Part shown: one piece after another, positions 1 through 9,215 of the stretch
How positions within the stretch are numbered: position 1 is the first letter of the stretch
How the letters are laid out: the number at the start of each line of letters is the position of its first letter
Origin: Anaerohalosphaeraceae bacterium
GTDB taxonomy: Bacteria; Planctomycetota; Phycisphaerae; Sedimentisphaerales; Anaerohalosphaeraceae
NCBI GenBank assembly: GCA_050309605.1
Contig: JBNRMN010000074.1
Coordinates: 1-31,848 of the forward strand
Length of the DNA stretch: 31,848 nt
Direction: 5' to 3'
Program-made: the position numbers and the translations under genes
The notes under the pieces: generated by a model
What the model saw: only the letters and a program-made list of their open reading frames with translations
What the model was told of the DNA's origin: nothing
Databases searched by the model: none

Positions 1-28
1 CGCCGCGCTGGTGTGTCGCGTTGGTGCC

Positions 29-207
29 GCCCCGAAGGGGCGGCATATCCCAGCCCAGGGCAACGCCCTGGGTTAGATCGGCCACACGCCATACGCCTCG
101 ACGCTCTGAAAGAGCAGCCTATATTGCCCTTACAGGGCGACCGGCGACCAGCGACCTCATGACCCAGCCCGTTGTGCTGGGCTAAGGTATCATTGCCCTT
201 TCAGGGC
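29..207. repeat. REP-like composite palindromic element (GCCCYnWnAGGGC and AGCCCAGGGCAACGCCCTGGGT hairpins arranged as a large inverted repeat)
   Basis: Hairpins at 29-41, 52-73, 103-115, 126-138, 162-183 and 195-207; the second half is an imperfect mirror of the first. The architecture resembles REP elements linked to IS200/RAYT-type transposases. Confidence 0.7.
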
Positions 208-249
208 ATTTTTGACCCTTCAGGCCGAGTCGAATTGTTCTTGTTTTTT

Positions 250-324
250 ACCCCCTCCCCCCTTCGGGGTACTCCCCCTTGACAGGGGGAGGGTTTACAA
301 TAGCCGAGCGGCGCGAGCCGCCGG
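250..324. repeat. Two further REP-like palindromes (CTCCCCCTTGACAGGGGGAG hairpin; TAGCCGAGCGGCGCGAGCCGCCGG)
   Basis: GC-rich hairpins at 272-291 and 301-324 in non-coding DNA. Confidence 0.5.
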
Positions 325-382
325 ATCATGTGGCGTCTTGGAAAAACGCCCCATCTATCCGTATCCCGTATCGGGCAGCTTG

Positions 383-452
383 CGCTGCCGCGCTGTTGCG
401 CCGCGCTGTTGTGCGCGTTGGTGTGCGCGTTGGTGCCGCCCCGAAGGGGCGG
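383..452. repeat. Short degenerate tandem repeats plus an exact 27-bp copy of 17-43
   Basis: CGCGTTGGTGCCGCCCCGAAGGGGCGG occurs at 17-43 and 426-452, preceded by GCGCTGTT and GTGCGCGTTG units. Confidence 0.75.
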
Positions 453-622
453 ACGGTCATTGACTTTCCTAAACGAAAGGGTCGAACTGAAAAAAACCGG
501 TGAACGGTTACAAAAAATCAATAAGCACCCGTATATGAAATTGGAACTGTCGTTGCTTAAAGAAAGGTCTATAAAGTACTTACACAAGGTGGCAATACTG
601 AAAATCTAATTTGCAACAGCAT

Positions 623-1552
623 CTAAAATGTTCTGAGCCTCTGGATAGCCGATTGGGTAACGGTTTCGAGGGTGTCGGTTTCGGTGATGTCGATCCAGTG
701 GACATTGCGAAAGGTCTTGAACCAGGTGCGCTGGGCCTTGGCCAGTTTGCGGGTATTGATCTTGATCTGCTCAACAGCGTCTTCAAGCGAATATTTTCCA
801 TCCAGACAGGCGATGATTTCAGCGTATCCGATGGCGGCGCGGGCCTGTTTACTCATGGGGTTCGGCTCGGCCAGCAGCGCCTTGACCTCATCCAGCAGCC
901 CTTCTTCGATCATTCGCCTGACGCGCTGATTGATGCGGCCGCTTTCGATCGCTTTGGGCCGACGCAGCCCGATGACAAACCAGTTGTCGTCGGCTTGCTG
1001 CGCCCATTGTTTTTGCAGGGTGCTGATGGGCTGTCCGGCCAGTTCGAACACCTCCAGGGCGCGGATGATGCGTCGCCGGTCATTCGGGTGAATCCTGTCG
1101 GCGGCCTGCGGGTCAATCTGTCGGAGCCGCTCGTGCAGCGCCGCCGCGCCGTGCCGGTCGATGTAGTCGTTCAGCCGCCGCCGAATCGCCGGATCCGAGG
1201 CCGGGCCTTCAAACAGCCCGTACAACAGGGCCTTGATATACATCGCCGTCCCGCCGACGGCCACGACCTGCCGACCGGCGGCCTGAATGTGCTGTGTTGC
1301 GGCCTCGGCCAGCTCAAGAAAACGATCCACGCTAAACGCCTCACTCGGCTCGACCACATCGATCAGATGATGTCGAATCTGTCGGCGTTTTTCCGGCGGC
1401 GGTTTGGCCGTGCCGATATCCATCCGTCGATACACCTTCATTGAATCGACGCTGATGATTTCACCCTTGAGCCGTCGGGCCAGTTCAAAGCCCAGTGCCC
1501 CCTTGCCGGAGGCGGTCACCCCCAAAATAAGAATTTTTCGCTGGTTACACAT
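623..1552 (-). CDS. miaA: tRNA dimethylallyltransferase
   Basis: GVTASGK, SVDSMKVYRRMDIGTAKP, VGGTAMY, IHPNDRRRIIRALEV, AIGY and AKAQRTWF motifs. The ATG at 1552 overlaps the ychF stop. Confidence 0.95.
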   Translation of the reverse strand: MCNQRKILILGVTASGKGALGFELARRLKGEIISVDSMKVYRRMDIGTAKPPPEKRRQIRHHLIDVVEPSEAFSVDRFLELAEAATQHIQAAGRQVVAVGGTAMYIKALLYGLFEGPASDPAIRRRLNDYIDRHGAAALHERLRQIDPQAADRIHPNDRRRIIRALEVFELAGQPISTLQKQWAQQADDNWFVIGLRRPKAIESGRINQRVRRMIEEGLLDEVKALLAEPNPMSKQARAAIGYAEIIACLDGKYSLEDAVEQIKINTRKLAKAQRTWFKTFRNVHWIDITETDTLETVTQSAIQRLRTF

Positions 1553-2618
1553 TAAACCGGAAATTGATGATGTCGCCGTCCTGCACGATGTAGCTTTTGC
1601 CTTCGAGCCGCATTTTACCGGCGGCCTTGACCGCTTTTTCATCGCCGAGTTGCCGCAGATCGTCGCAGGCCATGGTCTCGGCCCGGATAAAGCCGCGTTT
1701 AATGTCCGAGTGCACTTTGCCGGCGGCGTCGTGAGCGCTGGTGCCCTTTTCAATCGGCCAGGCCCGCACCTCGTCCTTGCCCACGGTCAAAAAGCTGATC
1801 AGTCCCAGCGTCCGATAGCAGGACTGGACAAACTTCCACGCCGCCGGCTCGGTCAGGCCCATGTCCTTCATAAATTCGCTGCGGCTCTCGGCATCCAGCG
1901 CCGCCAGTTCGCTTTCGAGTGTTGCGCACAATGAAATGGTTTCCATCCCCTGAGCCGACGGACCGAAATCAAATGTCTTGTCCGGCTCGTTTTCATCCGT
2001 ATTGACGACGACCATCATCGGCTTGAGCGTCAGAAAATTCAGCGCTCGCACGATCTCCATTTCCGGTCCTTCGGTCTGCTCAATGACGCTTCGGATGGGC
2101 TTTTCGGACTCGATGGCGTCCTGCAATTTCAGTTGCAGCGTCAGCTCGGCCTTGTCGCGCGACTGCGTTTTGCTCGGCTTGTGGACTTGTTTTTCAAGCC
2201 GCTCGATCCGCGTGGTCACCAGTTCCAGATCCGCCAGCAGCAGCTCGGTACGCAGTTCATCCAAATCCCGCTGCGGATTGACGCTGTTGCGGTATGCCGG
2301 CGCCGACGGATTATCGAACGCACGCACTACCAGCACGAATAAATCCGCCGTGCGCCATTGATTCAACTGCCGCCGTGCCGCGGCCCGCCCGTGATCGTCC
2401 AGAAACGACAACCCCGGCAAGTCCACACAATCGACCGTCGCGTGTACTGTTTTTTTGGGCTGATAAAGCTGCGTCAGCCAGTCCAGTCGTTCATCGGGCA
2501 CCGAGACCATCACTTCGTGTGCTTCCGTTGAGCCTGTCGGCGCCGGGTCTTTGCCGCTGACGGCCGAGACGAGAGTACTTTTGCCCGATTGGGTTAATCC
2601 TAAAATCGCCGCTTTCAA
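1545..2618 (-). CDS. ychF: YchF/OLA1-family ATPase (divergent, with TGS/DUF933 C-terminus)
   Basis: GxxxSGKST, VPDERL, DLPGL, EVRAW, AAGKVHSDIKRGFIRAE and YIVQDGDIINFRFNV. TTG start with an AAGGGA SD; the alternative start is 2624. Confidence 0.9.
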   Translation of the reverse strand: MKAAILGLTQSGKSTLVSAVSGKDPAPTGSTEAHEVMVSVPDERLDWLTQLYQPKKTVHATVDCVDLPGLSFLDDHGRAAARRQLNQWRTADLFVLVVRAFDNPSAPAYRNSVNPQRDLDELRTELLLADLELVTTRIERLEKQVHKPSKTQSRDKAELTLQLKLQDAIESEKPIRSVIEQTEGPEMEIVRALNFLTLKPMMVVVNTDENEPDKTFDFGPSAQGMETISLCATLESELAALDAESRSEFMKDMGLTEPAAWKFVQSCYRTLGLISFLTVGKDEVRAWPIEKGTSAHDAAGKVHSDIKRGFIRAETMACDDLRQLGDEKAVKAAGKMRLEGKSYIVQDGDIINFRFNV

Positions 2619-2655
2619 TATCAAATCCCTTTACAATAAGTATCGATATGCTTAG

Positions 2656-2684
2656 ATTATAGGTGCCCGGAGGCGACATTGCAA
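2656..2684 (-). promoter_or_regulatory. Sigma70-type promoter for ychF-miaA
   Basis: TTGCAA-N17-TATAAT on the minus strand, about 40 nt upstream of the start. Confidence 0.7.
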
Positions 2685-2692
2685 GCAAGGAC

Positions 2693-3220
2693 TTACGGCG
2701 ATTGACTCGGCCGGGCGGATTGGCCGAAAGCAAGCGCTTTGGTATAAATCAGCTTCGGATCGCCCGGAGCGTAAAAATCTTCAATACACGCAACAAGCGT
2801 ATAGCCGTTTTTATCATAGAACAGTCGAGTCGGGCGGTACTTCTCCAGCCCGGATGTTTCAATGATCACCAGCCGCCCGGCCTGTTCGGCGATTTGCCGT
2901 TCAGCAAACGCCAGCAGCCGCGAGCCGAGACCGGCCTGCTGCCTGTCCGGATCGACGGCAATCCAATACACATCAAACGTTCCCAATGTGCACGGTGTGG
3001 CCCCGAAGCACACCCAGCCGCCGACGCGCCCGTCTGTCTCGGCAACATAGGATTGATACCCCTCGTTACCCTCAGCAGTACACGCCTGATCCAGCACCTC
3101 CTGAGCAATTGTTTCTTCGACGGGCCGAAAAAACGCCGTCCGGCGGATAATCTCCATGACCGCCGACGTGTCGGCGGCAGCCGCTTTTCGAATTGTGCAC
3201 TTAATTTTTGAATTGAACAT
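2693..3220 (-). CDS. GNAT-family N-acetyltransferase
   Basis: YWIAVDPDRQQAGLGSRLL acetyl-CoA motif A and FYDKNGY motif B. Confidence 0.9.
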   Translation of the reverse strand: MFNSKIKCTIRKAAAADTSAVMEIIRRTAFFRPVEETIAQEVLDQACTAEGNEGYQSYVAETDGRVGGWVCFGATPCTLGTFDVYWIAVDPDRQQAGLGSRLLAFAERQIAEQAGRLVIIETSGLEKYRPTRLFYDKNGYTLVACIEDFYAPGDPKLIYTKALAFGQSARPSQSP

Positions 3221-3339
3221 ATGAATCCGGTCGCGGGACAGTCGTCATTTGAAAAAAAACGTTAACAAACGTATCGCCGGCGTCCAACCGGTTTTTACGC
3301 GAATTTGCCACAAGTACGTAACAAAAAACCACCCCGAAA

Positions 3340-4368
3340 TCAATGATTTAATTTCATCAATCGTCGTTGGGCATTGTCCAGCATCATTTCTACAAACCGT
3401 TCGTAGGCGATCCCGCCGGCGGTCAGGGCGGCGGCAAAGCCGGCCTCCGGTGCGATATCCGGATTGGGATTGACCTCAATGATATACGGATCGAGCTGTT
3501 CGTCCAGTCGAAAATCCACGCGTACATAATCACGGCAGTCCAGTGCGTTCCAGGCCGCTGCGGCCAATCGGCGGACCTCGTCGGCGATTCGCGGCGGCAG
3601 GTCGGCGGGAATCTTACGCGGCGTATGGTGAAACGCGAACGATTCGGCGTCCCATTTGGCGCTGTAATCGACAATTTTTGGCCGACTGGCATCAAACGCC
3701 GAAAAATCAATCTCCGCCAGGGGCATGACGCGGGGCTGTCCATCGCATTGCACCACCGACACGTTCAGCTCACGGGCCGGAATGTACCGCTCAATCAGCA
3801 CCGGCTGGGCAAATTGCCGATGCAGCGAGGCGACCTGCAAATGTGTCCGATACGATTCCTCCGGCAGCCGCACGACCGAATTGACGTCGATCCCTTCACT
3901 GGCATCGCAAAACGCGGGCTTGAGGATGTATTTTCCCGGCGGCAGGGCGGACGTATCCGGCTGGGCGCCCGGCTGTACAACCGTTCCTTCCGGCGTCGGC
4001 AATCCGCAGCCGGCCAGCAGGGCCTTGGCCTGAATCTTGTTTTGAGCCAGCAGCAGGGCGGTGGTATCATTGCCCGTGCAGCTTGAGCCGAACGCCCGGC
4101 ATACCGCCGGAACCAGCGCCGCCTGCTGTAGATCGCTTGTAAATTCTTCAATCAGATTAAAAATCAATCCCCGGCCGCCGGTTGTCAGGACGCGCGTCAA
4201 ATGCCGCAAATCGTCAATCGCTTGCGTATGGTACGAATAGCCCAGCGACCGGCAGGCCGCCTCAACGGCGCGCACCTGACCCATCACCCCGGCGCGACTG
4301 TCATACAGGGCATCGCCCGCCCGGCCGAAGGTATTGTGCAGGATCAGGATGGACGTTGGCTGACTCAT
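3340..4368 (-). CDS. D-Ala-D-Ala-ligase-like ATP-grasp ligase
   Basis: IFNLIE, AQNKIQAK, ILKPAFCDASEGI, LIERYIPARELNV, DYVRVDFRL and IEVNPNPDI. The N-terminus is atypical for true Ddl. ATGA overlap with aroK. Confidence 0.85.
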   Translation of the reverse strand: MSQPTSILILHNTFGRAGDALYDSRAGVMGQVRAVEAACRSLGYSYHTQAIDDLRHLTRVLTTGGRGLIFNLIEEFTSDLQQAALVPAVCRAFGSSCTGNDTTALLLAQNKIQAKALLAGCGLPTPEGTVVQPGAQPDTSALPPGKYILKPAFCDASEGIDVNSVVRLPEESYRTHLQVASLHRQFAQPVLIERYIPARELNVSVVQCDGQPRVMPLAEIDFSAFDASRPKIVDYSAKWDAESFAFHHTPRKIPADLPPRIADEVRRLAAAAWNALDCRDYVRVDFRLDEQLDPYIIEVNPNPDIAPEAGFAAALTAGGIAYERFVEMMLDNAQRRLMKLNH

Positions 4369-4886
4369 TGCCTTGCCTTGTTCAGAGCCGCGATGAGGGC
4401 ATCGACCGCCTGATCGTGATTCAGTCCGGACAGCGGGACGGTGACCTCCGCCCAGCGTTCATACAGCGGAATCCGTTTTTCATAAAGACTTTCAAGGGGT
4501 TGACCGGGTTCGAGGACAACGCCGCGTGCATTCAAGTCATCCAGCCGCCGTTTCAGCTCATCCAGCGGCAATTGCAGATAGACGATTCGTCCGTCGGCCT
4601 GCAATGCCCGCATCGCGTCGCCATAATAAACGACGCTGCCGCCGGTGGCGATGACGGTGCGTTTGACGTTGATACGGCCGACAGACTCCCGTTCGATTTG
4701 ACAGAATCCGTCCATCCCCCGCTCGTCAATCAAGTCGCGCAGGCTCCTGCCGCAGGCGGCTTGGATCAATACATCCGTATCCAGAAACGACAGTCCCAGC
4801 TGCTTGGCCAGCAGCACACCGACTGTGCTCTTGCCCGCTGCCGGCATTCCAATCAGGACGATGTTGGATGGATTCGTCGGCATCAT
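4365..4886 (-). CDS. aroK: Shikimate kinase
   Basis: IVLIGMPAAGKSTVG, DTD, VIATGGS and RIPLYERWA. Start at 4886 or 4883. Confidence 0.9.
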   Translation of the reverse strand: MMPTNPSNIVLIGMPAAGKSTVGVLLAKQLGLSFLDTDVLIQAACGRSLRDLIDERGMDGFCQIERESVGRINVKRTVIATGGSVVYYGDAMRALQADGRIVYLQLPLDELKRRLDDLNARGVVLEPGQPLESLYEKRIPLYERWAEVTVPLSGLNHDQAVDALIAALNKARQ

Positions 4887-4891
4887 CGGTC

Positions 4892-6607
4892 TCAGCGCGG
4901 AATGATCTTTTTCATCAGCGCCTCGTGCAGTACATCCCAAAGCGGCTGGGCGTCTTTCGGCGTCATCAGTTTTCGGCGCAGGGTCTCGTCATTCATCGCC
5001 ATAGCGATGTTGCGCAGGATGTGAAGCTGCACATCCGGATCATCCGACGGCGTCAGCACCACATAGATGTATCGCGCCGGGATGCCGTCCGGGGCGTTCC
5101 AGTCGATGCCGCCCTTTGAGCGACCGAAGACGATAATCGCCCGAGGCAGTTGGTCAATGCGGGCGTGCGGCACGGCCAGCCCGTCCAGCACCGCCGTGCT
5201 CATCTTCCGCTCACGGGCCAGAACCGCCTCGACCAATTCATCGTGATTGAGCGAGGGTTTCTGCTCGGCCACAGTCCGGCACAGCTCGGCGATGGCCTCG
5301 TCGCGGTGGGTCGCTTTCAGATCCGGAAGCACACCGCCGCGCAGGAAAAATTCTTCAATCCGTACTTCGCGGCGGGTCTTGAGGGCGTACTTCATCCACG
5401 GCCCCAGCGTCAGCGACGAACCGACCGCACTGAAAATAATCGCTACAAACACCGGCTCGGTAATCAGCCCGTATTCCAGCGCCAGCATCCCGACGACAAT
5501 CTGCATCTCGCCGCCGGGTGTATGGGCAATCGAAATCAGCAGACGATTGGCCTTCGATTGAGCCGTCAGCCGCGTGCCGACCCACGCGCCGAGAAACCGT
5601 CCGCCCAGACCAATCAGAAAAATAAACGTCACCAGCAGCCAGTCGAATTCGGCCAGAAAATCCACCTTCAGCCCGATGCTTGCAAAGAATACCGGAATAA
5701 AAATCGCGTGCACCATCTGCGAAATCACGTTTCGCGTTTTCTCAGACAGGGCCGAGCACTCCCCAACCATCATTCCGGCGATAAAAAACCCGAACAGCGC
5801 GTGAATGCCGATCTTCAGTGTGATCGCACCGCACAAAAAGCCGACCAGGCAGACAAACGTCAGCGATGACCCCGTTTCGGGAAGACGTTTTTTTCGCATC
5901 CAAACCAGCGCGTTGTTGCAGACGCTTCGTCCGGCCGTCAAAGCGGCCAGTGTAAAGACCACCGTGCCGACCAGAATGCCCGCGACCGCCAGCACCGTCA
6001 GTCCCGCCTGGGCCATAAAGCCCAAAATCAGCGTAAAAATCACCCAGCCGAGGATGTCGTTGAGCGACAGCGCGCACATAATCAAAAACCCCAGATCGGT
6101 GCGGTACAGCCGCAAATCCTGCAAGACCCGCGCTGTCATCGGCAGCGCGCTGATCGTCGAGACCGTCGCGATAAACAGCCCGAACATCACCGGTCCGCCC
6201 GTGTCGCCCATATATCGCTCCGCCAGGAACAGACACGGCACAAATGCGATAATCATCGGAAGGATCACATCGGACAGTGAAATAATCAACGCATCGCCGC
6301 GCTGACGCCAAGCGCTGGAAATATCCATCTCGATGCCGATTTTGAGCAGAAAGAACAGAATGCCGAACCAGGCGACCGTTTCAAGCATATTCCACTGGGC
6401 CGGATCGGCGGGAAACAGCGTCCCGTGCAGTCCCGGCCAGACGCGCCCCAGCAGCGTCGGCCCCAGCAAAACGCCCACCAAAATCTCGGCGGTAATCGAC
6501 GGTTGATGCCATCGGTTGAACAGTTCTCCCAGCCCCCGCGCCAAGCCCAGCAAGACCAGAAACTGAATCAAAAACAGAAAAATCTGCGACTCATCAAGAT
6601 AATCCAT
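4892..6607 (-). CDS. Cation:proton antiporter (CPA2/Kef-like) fused to a C-terminal PTS EIIA domain
   Basis: Multi-TM region (EILVGVLLGPTLLG, GIEMD, LNDILGW) followed by LARERKMSTAVLDGLAVPHAR...GIDWNAPDG, an EIIA(Ntr/Fru) signature. Confidence 0.88.
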   Translation of the reverse strand: MDYLDESQIFLFLIQFLVLLGLARGLGELFNRWHQPSITAEILVGVLLGPTLLGRVWPGLHGTLFPADPAQWNMLETVAWFGILFFLLKIGIEMDISSAWRQRGDALIISLSDVILPMIIAFVPCLFLAERYMGDTGGPVMFGLFIATVSTISALPMTARVLQDLRLYRTDLGFLIMCALSLNDILGWVIFTLILGFMAQAGLTVLAVAGILVGTVVFTLAALTAGRSVCNNALVWMRKKRLPETGSSLTFVCLVGFLCGAITLKIGIHALFGFFIAGMMVGECSALSEKTRNVISQMVHAIFIPVFFASIGLKVDFLAEFDWLLVTFIFLIGLGGRFLGAWVGTRLTAQSKANRLLISIAHTPGGEMQIVVGMLALEYGLITEPVFVAIIFSAVGSSLTLGPWMKYALKTRREVRIEEFFLRGGVLPDLKATHRDEAIAELCRTVAEQKPSLNHDELVEAVLARERKMSTAVLDGLAVPHARIDQLPRAIIVFGRSKGGIDWNAPDGIPARYIYVVLTPSDDPDVQLHILRNIAMAMNDETLRRKLMTPKDAQPLWDVLHEALMKKIIPR

Positions 6608-6718
6608 TGCCGTTCTCCGCAAACCATCCCTGTCGCGCACCGCCGACACAGCGCCGACTCGACTTAGCATAGCGAATCCGGCAGAAAAAATCAACCGGCT
6701 TTCCGGCGGCCTGAAGAC

Positions 6719-6748
6719 AAAAAAAGCCGTTGGAACAATCCAACGGCT
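6719..6748 (-). terminator. Intrinsic terminator after the PEP-CTERM gene
   Basis: 10-bp perfect stem AGCCGTTGGA/TCCAACGGCT with a 4-nt loop, followed by a T-run on the minus strand. Confidence 0.85.
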
Positions 6749-6783
6749 GTGATGGTTTTATCGACAAATGAATCGAGGCGCAC

Positions 6784-7422
6784 TTATTTTCTGCGCCGCA
6801 GCAGAAACAGCGAACCGAATCCGAGCATTCCCATTGTCGCCGGCTCCGGAATCACCACCGCCAGATAGGCGCCGTTGGCGGTTTCAGCGCTGGAAAATTT
6901 CAGGCTGCTGTTGCTTTTGGAAGGAAAGCTGAACACGGCCCAATCATGACCGTTGTTCAGGTCGGCTTGGATAGAGTCGGTCACGTCAATACTCAGCCAG
7001 CCGGTCGGAATATCTTTAAGCGTTGCCACTGTGACATCACCGGCCAATTGCTGACTGGCCAGCCCGGTGGCGGTTGATGAATTGTTGCGGTGTTTTAATT
7101 CACTGCCGTTGCCGGATACTTCAGTGATATGCAGGTAAAGATGGGCCTGCTGGATCTCGACGCCGGCGGGAATGTCCGACAATGAGATCTGCATAAATAC
7201 CGTGCTCTGTTCGCCGTTGGCCCAAGAGCTTTCGTACCAATGACCGGCCCAGTTGGGATTGGCACCCACTTTGAATCCTAAGTCTTCCCAGCCATAGGCA
7301 AAGCCGTAACGCGCTCTTTCGCTCTGGCCGTCGCCTTCCGGCTGAACCTGAATCATCAGACTCGCATGTGCCGCCGCCGTCAGTGCCGCCACCGTCATCA
7401 AAACCACAGCCATCTTTTTCAT
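6784..7422 (-). CDS. Secreted PEP-CTERM-sorted protein with a probable DNRLRE/CBM96-like beta domain
   Basis: Signal peptide MKKMAVVLMTVAALTAAAHA, C-terminal IPEPATMGMLGFGSLFLLRRRK and a GGGAG SD. The domain call rests on recalled motifs (SLSDIP...AHLYLH...WLSIDVT...FSSAE). Confidence 0.85.
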   Translation of the reverse strand: MKKMAVVLMTVAALTAAAHASLMIQVQPEGDGQSERARYGFAYGWEDLGFKVGANPNWAGHWYESSWANGEQSTVFMQISLSDIPAGVEIQQAHLYLHITEVSGNGSELKHRNNSSTATGLASQQLAGDVTVATLKDIPTGWLSIDVTDSIQADLNNGHDWAVFSFPSKSNSSLKFSSAETANGAYLAVVIPEPATMGMLGFGSLFLLRRRK

Positions 7423-7946
7423 CGTTGTTCTCCCGTTAAACAGTGTTTGTGTCATACTTCGTTTGATTATTTGTTGCAACATACATGATTCATCAACAGG
7501 GCGGACGCGGCTTTCGTGGGAACACACGATGTGCCCATACGATGCGTCTTTTAAGAACGATGCCCCCTTTGAGAAAAGCAATTCAATCAACAGGCTGATC
7601 ATAACAAAAACACCGCCCGAAAGCAAGATCTTACCTTGTTTACAGCGGAGGATTTCAGTGAAGAATACAGACAAACGACCTCCTGCTCTGTTACAATCGC
7701 TACAGACATTACAAACCATACTAAAAATAAGTCGGCATGATGTTCTTATCAGACTTTGAGGCCGTGAATAAAACCGGCGTCATCCATTTTTTGTCAAAAT
7801 TTTTCCGAAATAGTAACTGCACACGACAACAGCGGTCGTGAAACAGAAAGTCAGTAGCCCCCTTAAGCACGGGACGTTATAATAGAACAGGCGAACAGCC
7901 AAAAATAACAAAAAAGACCTGAAACGATATAATTCAGCATCTCCCA

Positions 7947-9203
7947 ATGAATATTTTGATGATGACCAATACGTATCTGCCGCATGTTGGCGGCGTGGCC
8001 AATTCCGTCTCGGCATGCACAGCCGAACTGAAAAAACACGGCCATCGCGTCATTGTCGTTGCCCCCGAGTATGAGCAGGCAGCGGATGATGAGGCCGACG
8101 TCATTCGTCTTCCCGCCATTCAGCATTTCAACGGCAGCGATTTTTCCGTGATTGTGCCGATCCACGGCTTTTTGCATCGCCGGCTGGATAAATTTAAACC
8201 GGACATTGTACACTCTCACCACCCGTTTTTGGTCGGAAGTACCGCCGTGCGCGTCGCCAAAAAGTACGATTTGCCCCTCGTGTACACCCAACATACGATG
8301 TTTGAGCAATACACCCATTATGTGCCGGTGGGGCATGAGAAACTCAAACAGTTTGTGGTTCGCTTGTCCACCGGCTACGCCAATATGACCGATACGGTCA
8401 TTGCACCCAGTGCCGCCATTGCCGATATTCTCCGCCGGCGGGGTGTCAACAGACCCATTGAAGTGATACCCACCGGAATCGATGTCCATCGGTTTGCCGC
8501 CGGCGACGGGCGTATCTTTCGGCAGCGGCACACGATTGCACCGGATGTGCCGGTCGTCGGTCATGTCGGACGGCTGGCGCCCGAAAAAAATCTTGCATTT
8601 CTTTGTGAGTCTGTCGGCGCCTTCTTGCAGCAGACCCCGCGCGCCCGCTTTGTCGTCGTTGGATACGGCCCGTCGGAGCGCGCGATGAAAGAGATTTTTG
8701 ACCGGCTACATGTGCAGGATCGCATCCATTGGGTCGGAAAACTCAAAGGTCAGCAGTTGGCCGAGGCCTATCACGCCATGGATGTGTTTGCGTTTTCTTC
8801 CAAGAGCGAAACGCAGGGCCTGGTACTGGCCGAGGCCATGGCCTGCGGCGTGCCGGTGGTTGCCCTCGATGCCCCGGGCGTTGGCGAGGTGGTGCAAGAC
8901 GGCGTTAACGGTTATCTGCTCAGCGATGAAAACTGCCTCTCATTTGCGCGGGCACTGGAGCAATATGTCAGCCTCTTGCCGGAACAGAAAAGTGAATTTG
9001 CCGCTCAGGCACGACAGACCGCCGAAGCGTTTTCACTCGATAACTGTATTACCAAACTGCTGACGGTATATCGACGGCTGACTGAGAAAAGCTATGCTCA
9101 GCACCAGAAAGACGAGTCGCCATGGGAAAAAATGATCGCGCATATTAAAACCGAATGGGAGTTGCTGTCGAATCTGACAGACGCCATAGAAGATGCCATA
9201 TAA
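7947..9203 (+). CDS. Glycosyltransferase family 4 (monoglucosyldiacylglycerol synthase-like)
   Basis: TYLPHVGGVANS, IVHSHHPF, GHVGRLAPEKN and SKSETQGLVLAEAMACGVPVV. Confidence 0.9.
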   Translation: MNILMMTNTYLPHVGGVANSVSACTAELKKHGHRVIVVAPEYEQAADDEADVIRLPAIQHFNGSDFSVIVPIHGFLHRRLDKFKPDIVHSHHPFLVGSTAVRVAKKYDLPLVYTQHTMFEQYTHYVPVGHEKLKQFVVRLSTGYANMTDTVIAPSAAIADILRRRGVNRPIEVIPTGIDVHRFAAGDGRIFRQRHTIAPDVPVVGHVGRLAPEKNLAFLCESVGAFLQQTPRARFVVVGYGPSERAMKEIFDRLHVQDRIHWVGKLKGQQLAEAYHAMDVFAFSSKSETQGLVLAEAMACGVPVVALDAPGVGEVVQDGVNGYLLSDENCLSFARALEQYVSLLPEQKSEFAAQARQTAEAFSLDNCITKLLTVYRRLTEKSYAQHQKDESPWEKMIAHIKTEWELLSNLTDAIEDAI

Positions 9204-9215
9204 ACACGGCAATCG

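Noticed and set aside
1..460. CRISPR array or protein-coding ORFs
   Set aside because: There are no regular repeat-spacer units and no cas genes. The ORFs are translations of palindromic repeats.
623..1753. 376-aa extended MiaA
   Set aside because: The extension overlaps the ychF C-terminus. The real start is ATG 1552.
7423..7946. Riboswitch or sigma54 promoter upstream of the PEP-CTERM gene, and the N-terminal extension to 7719
   Set aside because: No c-di-GMP riboswitch or GG-N10-GC consensus was found by eye. The SD and signal peptide support the start at 7422.
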